DNA of 64,000 nt from Gemmatimonadales bacterium (GTDB lineage: Bacteria; Gemmatimonadota; Gemmatimonadetes; Gemmatimonadales; GWC2-71-9). The translations under genes were made by a program, and so were the position numbers. Shown here one piece after another: positions 8,823 to 20,266 of this stretch (positions are counted from its first letter, which is position 1; every line of letters begins with the position of its first letter). The notes beneath the pieces were generated by a model, which worked only from the letters and a program-made list of their open reading frames with translations, was not told where the DNA came from and did no database searches. Location: positions 68,795 through 132,794 of the forward strand of contig JAWOLH010000014.1 of the NCBI GenBank assembly GCA_033853695.1, in the 5' to 3' direction.

Positions 8823-9572
8823 ATGGCTGGCCACAGCAAATGGAAGCAAATCAAGCGGAAGAAGGCCGTCACCGATGCCAAGCGTGGCGCGCTGTTCACA
8901 CGCCTCATTCGTGAAATCACGATCGCCGCCAAAGCCGGCGGGGGCGATCCGGCCGGGAATCCGCGACTTCGCACCGCTATCGACGCCGCGAAGGCAGAGA
9001 ACATGCCGTTCGACAACATCGATCGGGCCATCAAGAAGGGGACGGGTGAGCTGGAGGGAGTGCAGTACCAGGAGGTCACCTATGAAGGGTACGGCCCCGG
9101 TGGGGCGGCGATCCTGATCGAAGCCACGACCGACAACCCGAACCGGACGGTGGCGGAGATCCGCCATCAGTTCACCCGCAACGGCGGCAATCTGGGCGCG
9201 GCGAACTCCGTGGGATGGATGTTCGACCGCAAGGGACAGATCCTGCTCGACGCGGCCAAGGTCGACGAGGATACGGCGATGGAGGCGGCGCTCGACGCCG
9301 GCGCCGACGATTTGCAGCGGGATGCGGATTCGTACGTCGTCACGACGCAGCCCGCCCGGTTCCACGCCGTCCAGGACGCGCTCGCCAAGAGACGACTCCC
9401 GATTCAAAGCGCCGAGCTGGCGCTGATACCCAAGAGCACGGTGAAGGTCGAGGGAGCCGACGCCAAGAAGCTGCTCAACCTCATGGAGGCGCTCGAAGAG
9501 CTGGACGACGTCGCGAAGATCTCCTCCAACTTCGACATCGACGCCGAGGCGATGGCCGAGGTCAGCGGGTGA
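8823..9572 (+). CDS. yebC: YebC/PmpR family DNA-binding transcriptional regulator
   Basis: Canonical N-terminus 'MAGHSKWKQIKRKKAVTDAKRGALFTRLIREI' and 'NPRLRTAIDAAKAENMP'. The tracked ORF starts 6 nt earlier at a TTG. Confidence 0.9.
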   Translation: MAGHSKWKQIKRKKAVTDAKRGALFTRLIREITIAAKAGGGDPAGNPRLRTAIDAAKAENMPFDNIDRAIKKGTGELEGVQYQEVTYEGYGPGGAAILIEATTDNPNRTVAEIRHQFTRNGGNLGAANSVGWMFDRKGQILLDAAKVDEDTAMEAALDAGADDLQRDADSYVVTTQPARFHAVQDALAKRRLPIQSAELALIPKSTVKVEGADAKKLLNLMEALEELDDVAKISSNFDIDAEAMAEVSG

Positions 9573-9573
9573 C

Positions 9574-10050
9574 GTGAGGGTCCTGGGGATCGACCCGGGT
9601 ACATCGGTCACCGGCTACGGGGTGGTGGAATACGGCAACGGCACCCCGGGCTTCGGACGTCTCATCGAATGCGGCGTGATCCGCTTCGCGAAGCGCAGCC
9701 CTCTGCCCCGCCGTCTGGCGCAGCTGCACGACGGAATCGTCGAGCTGATCGAGCGTCACCGGCCGAACACGCTCGCCCTCGAAGACACCTTCTATCATAA
9801 AAACGTGCGCACGACGCTCGTGCTCGGTCAGGCGCGCGGGGTCGTGCTGCTCGCGGCCGAGCAACATGCCGTCGCCATGGCGTGGTATCCGCCGGCGACC
9901 GTGAAGAAATCCGTCGTGGGGGCGGGCGGTGCGCCCAAGGCCCAGGTGGCGGCGATGGTCGCGCGCCTCCTGAGGCTGAAGCACGCGCCGCGCCCCTCCG
10001 ACGCCGCGGACGGGGTGGCGGTCGCGCTCACGCACGTCATCCGATCGTGA
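9574..10050 (+). CDS. ruvC: Crossover junction endodeoxyribonuclease RuvC
   Basis: 'MRVLGIDPGTSVTGYGVVE', 'LALEDTFYHKN', 'AADGVAVALTH'. 158 aa. Confidence 0.9.
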   Translation: MRVLGIDPGTSVTGYGVVEYGNGTPGFGRLIECGVIRFAKRSPLPRRLAQLHDGIVELIERHRPNTLALEDTFYHKNVRTTLVLGQARGVVLLAAEQHAVAMAWYPPATVKKSVVGAGGAPKAQVAAMVARLLRLKHAPRPSDAADGVAVALTHVIRS

Positions 10051-10637
10051 TCGCCGGGGTCGAGGGGCATCTCGCAGCCAAGGCCGCGGACCGCGTGGTG
10101 GTCCAGACGCCAGGCGGGGTCTCTTATGAGGTCACGGTTCCGCTCGGCGTAATGGAGCGATTGCCCGGCATCGGCGAGACGGTATCGCTGGCCACCGAGC
10201 TGGTGGTGCGCGAGGACGGGTGGGCGCTGTACGGATTTCTCGAGGAGGGCGAGCGCCGCTTGTTCCAGCGCCTGCTCACGGTGAACGGAGTCGGCCCGAA
10301 GATCGCCGTCGCGTTCCTCTCGACCCTCGGCGCGGAGCGCGGCGCCAGCGCGATTCAGAAGAAGGACCTCGCGACTCTCTCTTCCGTCTCCGGTGTGGGG
10401 CGAAAGCTCGCCGAGCGCTTGGCGCTTGAACTCAGCGACAAGCTCGGCGAGCTTGTGGGCGGCCAGCCCGCGCCCCTCGAGGCTCCGGCCCGCGCCGCGC
10501 TGGCGGCGCTCGAGCGCCTCGGGTACGGCGGGGCGGAGGCCGAGCGAGCGCTGCGCCAGGCGCTCGCCGGTGACGGCAGCGACGCAGACGCCGAAGCGCT
10601 CGTCCGCCGAGCACTCCACATCCTGACCACCAAGTGA
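10047..10637 (+). CDS. ruvA: Holliday junction branch migration complex subunit RuvA
   Basis: GTG 10047 overlaps the ruvC stop (GTGA). 'IAGVEGHL', HhH motifs 'LLTVNGVGPKIAVAFLS' and 'LSSVSGVGRKLAERLALEL'. The upstream part of tracked ORF 9882.. is out of context. Confidence 0.85.
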   Translation: MIAGVEGHLAAKAADRVVVQTPGGVSYEVTVPLGVMERLPGIGETVSLATELVVREDGWALYGFLEEGERRLFQRLLTVNGVGPKIAVAFLSTLGAERGASAIQKKDLATLSSVSGVGRKLAERLALELSDKLGELVGGQPAPLEAPARAALAALERLGYGGAEAERALRQALAGDGSDADAEALVRRALHILTTK

Positions 10638-10640
10638 GCC

Positions 10641-10826
10641 ATGACGACCGCGACTGATTTCGTCACCGCTGAATGGATCTGCACGCGTTGTGGAGTGACC
10701 AACCGCAAACTGCTACCGCGCGGGGTCACCAGGGCGAGGGACGCCTGCGTGTCCTGTCACGGCAAACACGAAATTGAAATCGAGCCTCGGCCGGTGCGGT
10801 GGCACGCGCGGCCGCTCGGGAAATGA
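10641..10826 (+). CDS. Small zinc-ribbon-like protein (61 aa, CxxC...CxxC)
   Basis: ATG lies 3 nt after the ruvA stop and its TGA overlaps the ruvB ATG 10823 (ATGA). '[30 protein letters not shown]' carries four Cys in two CxxC pairs. Confidence 0.45.
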   Translation: MTTATDFVTAEWICTRCGVTNRKLLPRGVTRARDACVSCHGKHEIEIEPRPVRWHARPLGK

Positions 10827-11857
10827 GCCGCGCCGAAGTCACCACCCCCGAAGCCCTCCCCGACGAGCGCGTCACCGATGCCGCGTTGCGCCCGTCGAGC
10901 CTCGAAGAGTTCGTCGGGCAGGCGAAGGTCAAGGAGTCGCTCCAGATCGCGATCGACGCGGCGAAGCAGCGCAAGGAGCCGCTCGACCACGCCCTCTTCT
11001 TCGGGCCCCCCGGCCTCGGCAAGACGACACTCGCGCTGCTCATGGCGCGCGAGCTGGAGGTACAGATCCGGATCACCTCCGGCCCCGTGCTCGAGCGCCC
11101 CGGCGACCTCGTCGGCCTGCTCACCGGGCTCAAGCGGGGCGATATCCTGTTCATCGACGAGGTCCACCGCCTCCGGCCCGCGCTCGAGGAGTTCCTCTAT
11201 CCCGCGATGGAAGAATTTCGAGTCGACGTGCGCATCGCCGACGGTCCGCACGCGCAGACGATTCCGATGGCGCTCGAGCACTTCACTTTGATCGGGGCCA
11301 CGACCCGCTTCGGGCTGCTCACCCCACCGATGCGCGCACGCTTCGGACTCGTGGAACGGCTCCACTACTACCCGCCCGACGATCTCGCCCAGATCGTCAG
11401 CCGCTCGGCCGGCATCCTCGGCGTCGCCACCGATCCCGCGGGGATCGCCGAGATCGCGCGGCGCAGCCGCGGCACCCCGCGAGTCGCAAACCGGCTCTTG
11501 AAACGCGTGCGCGACTACGCGCAAGTCAGGGCCGGCGGGAAGATCACCGCGGCGGTGGCTGCGGAGGCGCTGAAGCGGCTCGACGTCGACGAGTTCGGGC
11601 TCGACGATATGGACGCGCGCATCCTGAAGACGATCATCGAGCAGTTCGACGGTGGACCAGTCGGCCTGACCACGATCGCCGCCGCCGTCGGGGAGGACCC
11701 GGGCACGCTCGAGGAGGTGTACGAGCCGTTCCTCATGCAGCAGGGATTCCTGGCCCGCACGCCGCGCGGCCGCTGCGCCACGTCGAGCGCGTACCGGCAC
11801 TTCGGGTTTCCGCCGCCGGCGAAGCCGGGCGAGCAGGGGAGCATGTTTGACGCATGA
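10823..11857 (+). CDS. ruvB: Holliday junction DNA helicase RuvB
   Basis: '[19 protein letters not shown]', Walker A '[11 protein letters not shown]', 'LFIDEVHRL', '[16 protein letters not shown]'. ATG 10823 preferred; ATG 10799 is possible. Confidence 0.9.
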   Translation: MSRAEVTTPEALPDERVTDAALRPSSLEEFVGQAKVKESLQIAIDAAKQRKEPLDHALFFGPPGLGKTTLALLMARELEVQIRITSGPVLERPGDLVGLLTGLKRGDILFIDEVHRLRPALEEFLYPAMEEFRVDVRIADGPHAQTIPMALEHFTLIGATTRFGLLTPPMRARFGLVERLHYYPPDDLAQIVSRSAGILGVATDPAGIAEIARRSRGTPRVANRLLKRVRDYAQVRAGGKITAAVAAEALKRLDVDEFGLDDMDARILKTIIEQFDGGPVGLTTIAAAVGEDPGTLEEVYEPFLMQQGFLARTPRGRCATSSAYRHFGFPPPAKPGEQGSMFDA

Positions 11858-11965
11858 TTGCGAATTCCGGATTGCGGATTGCGGATCGAATGGGAGAGGA
11901 CAGGTCCGCTCCCGCTCTCCGACGCATGTTCTGATATTCCGCAATCCGAAGTCCCCGATCCGCGA

Positions 11966-11968
<3 letters not shown>
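11857..11968. repeat. Spacer with tandem GGATTGC/GATTGCG heptamers and inverted copies
   Basis: GATTGCG at 11857, 11870 and 11877. 'tccggattgcgga' (11866-11878) is complementary to 'tccgcaatccga' (11938-11949). 'gcggatcg' (11881-11888) is complementary to 'cgatccgc' (11955-11962). Confidence 0.5.
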
Positions 11969-14452
<2,484 letters not shown>

Positions 14453-14456
<4 letters not shown>

Positions 14457-15001
14457 GCGTGCGCAAACTTCACGTTCTCGGCTCCCCCGTGCTGCGCCAG
14501 CGCGCCGACCCCGTGCCCGGCGTGAATGACGCGGTGCGCGAGCTGATCGACGACCTGTTCGAGACGATGTACGCCGCGAAGGGGGTGGGGCTTGCCGCCA
14601 ATCAGGTCGGGATCGCGCAGCGCGTCGCGGTCGTCGACACCGGTGGCGACACCCCCGACCCGCTCGTGCTCGTGAACCCCACGATCGTACAGCGCGGGAA
14701 GGAAGCGGAGACCGCCGAAGAGGGATGCCTCTCGATCCCGGAGATCTTCGGAGATGTCGAGCGCCCGGTGTCGATCATCGTCGAGGCCACCGACCGTACG
14801 GGCACGCCCTTCCGGCTCGAGGCGTCCGGCTACCAGGCCCGCGCGATTCAGCACGAGGTCGACCATCTCGACGGGATTCTCTTCCTCGACCACCTTTCCG
14901 CGGTGAAGCGCGGCCTGCTGCTCTCCAAATGGAAGCGCCTGCGCAAGGGAGAAACCGGCTACCTCAAGGAGGTGACGCCGGAGCCGGCGGGCGAGCTCTA
15001 G
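14453..15001 (+). CDS. def: Peptide deformylase
   Basis: Three signature motifs: 'GVGLAANQVG', 'EGCLSIP', 'HEVDHLDG'. Confidence 0.92.
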
Positions 15002-15002
15002 A

Positions 15003-15926
15003 GTGGACGTCGTCTTCTTCGGCAGCCCCGACTTCGCCGTCCCGTCGTTGCGTGCCCTCGTCGGTGAGGGCTTCAACGTCAAGGCCGTCGTGACACAGCC
15101 CGACCGCCCGCAGGGGCGCTCCCGCTCCACCACCGTCGAAACCCCTGTCAAAGCCGCAGCGACCGCTGAAGGCCTCGAGGTGCTGCAGCCGGAGCGGCCG
15201 ACCGACCCGGCGTTCGTCAAGCGTCTCCAGCAGCTCGCGCCCGACGTCGGCGTCGTCGTCGGGTATGGCCACATCCTCCGGCCCGAGCTGCTGCGCCTGC
15301 CGCGCCGTGGCATGGTGAACGTGCACCCCTCCCTGCTCCCGGCGCTGCGCGGCGCCGCCCCGATCGAATGGGCGATACTCCGCGGAATCGAACACACCGG
15401 CGTGACGATCATGCTCATGGATGAGGGGATGGATTCGGGGCCGATCCTGCACCAGCTGCCGCACCGGATCACGCCGGGCACCACGGCCGGGGAGCTCACC
15501 GCCCATCTCGCGGAGATGGGCGCCCAGGCGCTGATCGAGGCGCTGGCGTTGTGGGAGCAAGATGTCTTGAAGCCCGTCCCGCAAAACGCCGAGCACGCGA
15601 CCTATGCCCCCAAACTCACGCGCGAGATCGCGCACATCGACTGGTCCCAGCCCGCCGACGTCGTCGCGCGACAGACCCTGGCCCTCGATCCCCGCCCCGG
15701 CGCGTGGACCACCCACGAAGGGCACGAGGTAAAGCTGTTCGGCGCGCGAGCCTTCCCGGGCCGCGCGCACCCTGGAGAGGTGATCGAGGCGGCGACGCGA
15801 CTCGTCGTCGCGACCGGCGACGGGCTGATAGAAGTGAACGAGGTCCAGCCCGCCGGGAAGGAGCGGATGCCCGCGAGGGATTGGATCCGCGGGCGCGGCA
15901 CCGCCGTCGGCCGGCGCTTCGCGTGA
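15003..15926 (+). CDS. fmt: Methionyl-tRNA formyltransferase
   Basis: 'VVFFGSPDFAVPSL', 'VNVHPSLLPALRGAAPI'. 307 aa, immediately after def. Confidence 0.9.
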   Translation: MDVVFFGSPDFAVPSLRALVGEGFNVKAVVTQPDRPQGRSRSTTVETPVKAAATAEGLEVLQPERPTDPAFVKRLQQLAPDVGVVVGYGHILRPELLRLPRRGMVNVHPSLLPALRGAAPIEWAILRGIEHTGVTIMLMDEGMDSGPILHQLPHRITPGTTAGELTAHLAEMGAQALIEALALWEQDVLKPVPQNAEHATYAPKLTREIAHIDWSQPADVVARQTLALDPRPGAWTTHEGHEVKLFGARAFPGRAHPGEVIEAATRLVVATGDGLIEVNEVQPAGKERMPARDWIRGRGTAVGRRFA

Positions 15927-16525
15927 AACCGCCGCTGCCACGCCTGCACGCAATCACGGACGAGCGCATCGCGCGCCGGGCCGATCTCGACGATCTCCTC
16001 GACAGGCTCCGGGACATCGAGCTCGCCGCACACGCGCGCGGACGGACGCTGACGGGTCGCGAGCACTACGATTTGGCCGTCCACCTGTCCGCCCGACCGT
16101 CCATCCGCCTGTTCGTCAACGACCGCCTCGACATCGCGCTCGCCACGCGGGCCGCCGGGGTCCAGCTCTCCGGCTCGGGGCTGCAGCCGTCCGATGCCCG
16201 CCGACTCGGGCCCGAATGGTGGATCGGCCGCTCGGTGCATTCACGGGACGAAGCACGCGCCGCGCAGGATTCGGGAGCCGACTATCTTCTGTTGGGACCG
16301 GTGTACCATACGACCACGCATCCCACGGCGACCCCGCTCGGACTCGGGTCCCTGAGTGACGTCGCCCGGCTCGGCCTGCCGGTGATCGCGATCGGTGGCG
16401 TAACGCCGGAGCGGGCGCGGGATGTCGCACGGGCGGGGGCGTACGGCGTGGCGGCAATCCGGGCGATCTGGGATGCCGCCGACCCCCTGGAATCGGCCCG
16501 GGCTTTGCTGGAGGCAGTGGGATGA
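15923..16525 (+). CDS. thiE: Thiamine-phosphate synthase
   Basis: GTG 15923 overlaps the fmt stop (GTGA). 'LHAITD', 'LFVNDRLDIAL', 'DYLLLGPVY', 'VIAIGGV'. Confidence 0.8.
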   Translation: MKPPLPRLHAITDERIARRADLDDLLDRLRDIELAAHARGRTLTGREHYDLAVHLSARPSIRLFVNDRLDIALATRAAGVQLSGSGLQPSDARRLGPEWWIGRSVHSRDEARAAQDSGADYLLLGPVYHTTTHPTATPLGLGSLSDVARLGLPVIAIGGVTPERARDVARAGAYGVAAIRAIWDAADPLESARALLEAVG

Positions 16526-16725
16526 TCGAAGTCGTCATAAACGGGGAGCGTCGCGCGGTGCCGGTGGACACCACGTTGCTCGAATTGCTGGGATCGCTGC
16601 ACGTCGATCCCAGAGTGGTTGTCGTCGAGCACAACCGGCAGATCGTGCGCCGTCCGGAGCTGGAGCGGGCCCGCCTCTCGGCCGGCGACGCCGTCGAGCT
16701 CGTGCACTTCGTCGGGGGCGGATGA
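16522..16725 (+). CDS. thiS: Sulfur carrier protein ThiS
   Basis: 67 aa ending '...VELVHFVGGG' (C-terminal GG). ATGA overlaps on both sides. Confidence 0.75.
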   Translation: MIEVVINGERRAVPVDTTLLELLGSLHVDPRVVVVEHNRQIVRRPELERARLSAGDAVELVHFVGGG

Positions 16726-17525
16726 GCATGACCGTCACGGCGGACCTCGCCCGCGACGTGCCGTTCACGATCGGCGGACACACCTTCCAGTCCCGGCTCT
16801 TCGTGGGTACGGGGAAGTACCGGTCCAATGAGGACATGGGCCGGGCGATCGAAGCGAGCGGCGCCGACGTCGTTACCGTTGCGGTGCGCCGGGTGCCGCT
16901 CGATCGCGGCCGTGAAGACGGCATCCTCCACTACCTCGATCCGAAGCGGTTCTTCCTGCTCGCCAACACGGCGGGGTGCTACACGGCGGACGATGCCATC
17001 CGCTACGCGCGCCTGGCGCGCGAGGCGGGCTTCAACGACTTCGTGAAGCTCGAGGTGATCGGCGACCAGGAAACGCTGCTCCCCGACGTGGCCGGGCTGC
17101 TCGAGGCGACGCGCGTCCTGGTGCGCGACGGCTTCAAGGTGCTGGCCTATACCAATGAGGATCTGGTGACCGCACTGCGCCTCGAGGAAGCGGGAGCCGC
17201 GGCGGTGATGCCGCTCGCCTCGCCGATCGGGAGCGGGCTCGGCCTGTTGAACCCATTCAGCGTGCGGACCATCAAGCGCCGCCTCAAGGTCCCTGTCGTG
17301 GTGGATGCCGGTGTCGGTACCGCCTCCGACGCCTGCCTCACCATGGAGCAGGGTGTCGACGGCATCCTGATGAATACCGCGCTCGCCGCCGCGCGCGACC
17401 CTGCGGCGATGGCGCACGCGATGCGGCTCGCCGTCGACGCGGGACGCGCCGCCTTTCTCGCCGGGCGTATGCCGCGCCGCGAAGTCGCGGTGCCTTCTTC
17501 GCCGCTCGAAGGGATGCTGGATTAG
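16722..17525 (+). CDS. thiG: Thiazole synthase ThiG
   Basis: 'FTIGGHTFQSRLFVGTGKY', 'VMPLASPIGSGLG', 'VVVDAGVGTASDA'. ATG 16722. Confidence 0.9.
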   Translation: MSMTVTADLARDVPFTIGGHTFQSRLFVGTGKYRSNEDMGRAIEASGADVVTVAVRRVPLDRGREDGILHYLDPKRFFLLANTAGCYTADDAIRYARLAREAGFNDFVKLEVIGDQETLLPDVAGLLEATRVLVRDGFKVLAYTNEDLVTALRLEEAGAAAVMPLASPIGSGLGLLNPFSVRTIKRRLKVPVVVDAGVGTASDACLTMEQGVDGILMNTALAAARDPAAMAHAMRLAVDAGRAAFLAGRMPRREVAVPSSPLEGMLD

Positions 17526-17571
17526 GGGCGCGACGGCCGCGCGCCGCGCGGCTCTGGACATCCTGCGCGCC

Positions 17572-18807
17572 GTGAGCGGCGGAGCGCCGTTCGCCGACGC
17601 CCGCGACCGCGTGGTCGGCGGTCTGTCGGAGCGCGACCGCCGGCTGGCGTTCGAGCTGTCGGCCGGCGTGCTGCGCAGCCGCCGCGCCCTCGACGGCACC
17701 CTCGACCTGCGCCACGTTGACCCACGGCTGCACGACATCCTGCGCCTTGGCGCGTATCAGCTGCACCGCCTGACGCGCGTCCCCGCGCATGCGGCGGTCT
17801 CGACGAGCGTCGAACTGGCGCGCGAGACGGCCGGCGAGCCGGCGGCGCGGTACGTCAATCAGGCGCTGCGACGGCTGGCGACGGAGGGCTCGGGGGAACA
17901 CGCGGCCGTAGCGTCTCACCCGCGGTGGCTCGTGGAGCGCTGGGAGAAACAGTTCGGCGCCGCCGAAACGGCCCGGCTGCTCGCCTGGAACGATCGGAAA
18001 CCCACGCTCGTTCTGCAGCCCGTCCGATGGAACGCCGACCGATTGCGGAGGGCGATGACGGAGGCCGGCTACGAGTCCATGGACGCACCATACGGTTGCG
18101 GCCTCGCCGTACGCCGCACGACGCACACCTCCCACTCCCCACACCCCGCGCAGTTGCCGGGTTACGCGGAAGGCGCGTTCATCGTCCAGGACCCCGCGCA
18201 GGCGCTCGTCGTTCGCTTCGCCGCGATCACGCCCGGCTGCAGTGTGTATGACGCCTGCGCGGCTCCCGGGGGAAAGGCGGTCGCGCTCGCCCTCGCGGGC
18301 GCGCACGTCACGGCCGGCGATGCACGACCGGCGCGGCTCGAGCGTTTGCGCGAAACGCTCACGCGCACCGGAGTGGCGATCCCCATCATCGCTGCGGATC
18401 TTCTGAGCGCCGCGACCCACGCGGGGCATTGGGACGGCGTGCTGCTCGACGCGCCCTGCTCGGCGACCGGAACGATGGCGCGGCACCCCGATGCCCGCTG
18501 GCGCCTGCGGGGCGACACGATCGGCCGCCTCGCCTGGCGCCAGGCCGCGCTGCTCGACGCCGCGGCGGCGTTGGTGCGACCGGGCGGTGTGCTCGTCTAC
18601 GCAACCTGCTCGCTCGAGCCTGAGGAGAATGCGGATCAGGTGGACGCGTTTCTCGGGCGACACCCGGACTTTCGTCGCGCACCGGTGGCCGGCTCGGTGC
18701 CGGCCGATCTCGTCACGCCCGCGGGTGACCTCCGGGCGTTGCCGCAGCGTCACGCGATCGACGGTGTCTACGCAGCACGGCTCGTGCGGGGCGGAGAGGC
18801 GCGATGA
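17572..18807 (+). CDS. rsmB: 16S rRNA (cytosine-C5)-methyltransferase RsmB/Sun family
   Basis: 'DACAAPGGKA', 'LLDAPCSATG', 'YATCSLEPEEN'. GTG 17572 is the first canonical start, but the conserved-looking N-terminus continues upstream (see findings). Confidence 0.85.
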   Translation: MSGGAPFADARDRVVGGLSERDRRLAFELSAGVLRSRRALDGTLDLRHVDPRLHDILRLGAYQLHRLTRVPAHAAVSTSVELARETAGEPAARYVNQALRRLATEGSGEHAAVASHPRWLVERWEKQFGAAETARLLAWNDRKPTLVLQPVRWNADRLRRAMTEAGYESMDAPYGCGLAVRRTTHTSHSPHPAQLPGYAEGAFIVQDPAQALVVRFAAITPGCSVYDACAAPGGKAVALALAGAHVTAGDARPARLERLRETLTRTGVAIPIIAADLLSAATHAGHWDGVLLDAPCSATGTMARHPDARWRLRGDTIGRLAWRQAALLDAAAALVRPGGVLVYATCSLEPEENADQVDAFLGRHPDFRRAPVAGSVPADLVTPAGDLRALPQRHAIDGVYAARLVRGGEAR

Positions 18808-19598
18808 AGTTCCGGCGCCACATGCCGCCGCTGCATCAGTGGCGGATGCCCAGGCTCCGGTTCCCGACGATTCGCGGGATCGAACGCGATCAAGCCATCC
18901 GCTGGAGCTTCTGGCTCATCGTCGCCCTTGGTGTAGGCTACCTCATCGCCGCGGTCTTCGTCTTTCCGGCGCCGCTCTTCCCGCATCATCAGGAGGTACC
19001 CCGGGTGCTGGGGCTCTCGATCAGCGATGCGCGCCGCGCCGTCTCCGCCGCCCACTTCGTCCCGTCCGATGCCGGCAGCGAGCCGCACCCCTTCGCTCCG
19101 GTGGGCACCGTGATCTGGCAGGATCCGCCGCCCGGCGTGGAGGCGCCGTCCGATATGCATGTGGCGCTGATCGCGAGCGCCGGGCCACCCCGGGTACCGG
19201 TACCCGACGTGACCGGGCTCGAGGCGGGTCTCGCGAGCCGCCTGATCACCGCGGCGGGCCTGACGGTGAGTAAGGTCGAATCGGTGCAGGCGGCATTTCC
19301 GACCGGGCTCACCATGGTGACGCGTCCCGCCGCGGCGACGGCCCTCGCCCCGCGCTCGGGCGTCGGGCTCGTGGTGAGCCGCGGCGCACCGACGATCACG
19401 GTGCCAGATCTGATGGGACTCTCGGTGGGCGACGCGAAGACGAAGCTGGAGGGGCTGGGCCTCGCGCTGGGGGGCGTGACCCGCAAGCGCACGGCGGAGT
19501 CGACACCGGGGTCGATCGTCGCGCAACGCCCCGCCGCCGGGACGCTGGCGGCGCCGGGAACCGATGTGGACATCGTCACGGCACGGTCGCCCCAGTGA
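18804..19598 (+). CDS. Membrane-anchored protein with three PASTA domains, no catalytic domain
   Basis: TM 'WSFWLIVALGVGYLIAAVFVF', then three ~65-aa repeats ('PRVLGLSISDARRAV...', 'VPVPDVTGLEAGLASRLITAAGL...', 'ITVPDLMGLSVGDAKTKLEGLGL...'). ATGA/GTGA overlaps with rsmB and rpe. Confidence 0.75.
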   Translation: MKFRRHMPPLHQWRMPRLRFPTIRGIERDQAIRWSFWLIVALGVGYLIAAVFVFPAPLFPHHQEVPRVLGLSISDARRAVSAAHFVPSDAGSEPHPFAPVGTVIWQDPPPGVEAPSDMHVALIASAGPPRVPVPDVTGLEAGLASRLITAAGLTVSKVESVQAAFPTGLTMVTRPAAATALAPRSGVGLVVSRGAPTITVPDLMGLSVGDAKTKLEGLGLALGGVTRKRTAESTPGSIVAQRPAAGTLAAPGTDVDIVTARSPQ

Positions 19599-20266
19599 GC
19601 GGCGCCGTCCGGATCGTCCCGAGCGTGCTCTCCGCCGACCTCGCCCGGCTCGTGGAGCAGGTGAGAGCCGTCCTCGATGCCGGGGCCGACTGGCTGCACG
19701 TCGATGTGATGGACGGCCGCTTCGTCCCCAATCTCACGTTCGGAGCGAACATGGTGGCGACGCTGCGGGCCCTCACCGACCGGCCGATCGACGTGCATCT
19801 CATGGTGGTCGAGCCGGAGCGCTACCTCGAGCCGATGGCGGAGGCGGGGGCCTCGGTGCTGACGTTCCATCCCGAAGCGACGGTCCATGTCCAGCGCCTT
19901 CTGGCCATGGTCCGCCAGCGGGGCCTGCTCGCCGGGCTGGCCATGAACCCGGGCTCCCCACTGGCGCTAATGGAGGAGGTCGTCGCAGACTTGGACCTGG
20001 TGCTCATCATGACGGTGAACCCCGGCTTCGGCGGGCAGCACTACATCCCCGCCGCGACGGAGAAAATCCGCCGCGCGCGGAGCGTGCTCGATCGGGCGCG
20101 CTCGCGCGCGTTCCTCGAGGTGGACGGCGGCATCGGCCCCGACACGATCGCGGCAGCGTATACCGCCGGGGCGGACACGTTCGTCACGGGGAACGCCGTG
20201 TTCACCGCTCCCGATCCCGGGGCCATGGTGGGCGAGCTGCGGCAGCGCTGCGCGGTGGCGGTCTGA
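19595..20266 (+). CDS. rpe: Ribulose-phosphate 3-epimerase
   Basis: 'IVPSVLSADLARL', 'LHVDVMDGRFVPNLTFG', 'MTVNPGFGGQ', 'EVDGGI'. Confidence 0.9.
   Translation: MSGAVRIVPSVLSADLARLVEQVRAVLDAGADWLHVDVMDGRFVPNLTFGANMVATLRALTDRPIDVHLMVVEPERYLEPMAEAGASVLTFHPEATVHVQRLLAMVRQRGLLAGLAMNPGSPLALMEEVVADLDLVLIMTVNPGFGGQHYIPAATEKIRRARSVLDRARSRAFLEVDGGIGPDTIAAAYTAGADTFVTGNAVFTAPDPGAMVGELRQRCAVAV

Noticed and set aside
11858-11965. N-terminal extension of queA from TTG 11858 ('MRIPDCGLRIEWERTG...')
   Set aside because: QueA homology begins only at 'FDYQLPEQL'. The extension is built from the GGATTGC repeat DNA and is more plausibly non-coding. It is kept as a repeat feature with this caveat.
15880-15925. 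Expected TPP riboswitch in front of thiE-thiS-thiG
   Set aside because: thiE starts inside the fmt stop codon, so no non-coding leader exists. The isolated CTGAGA strings in the window (for example 6666 and 23528/23598) lack the rest of the TPP consensus.
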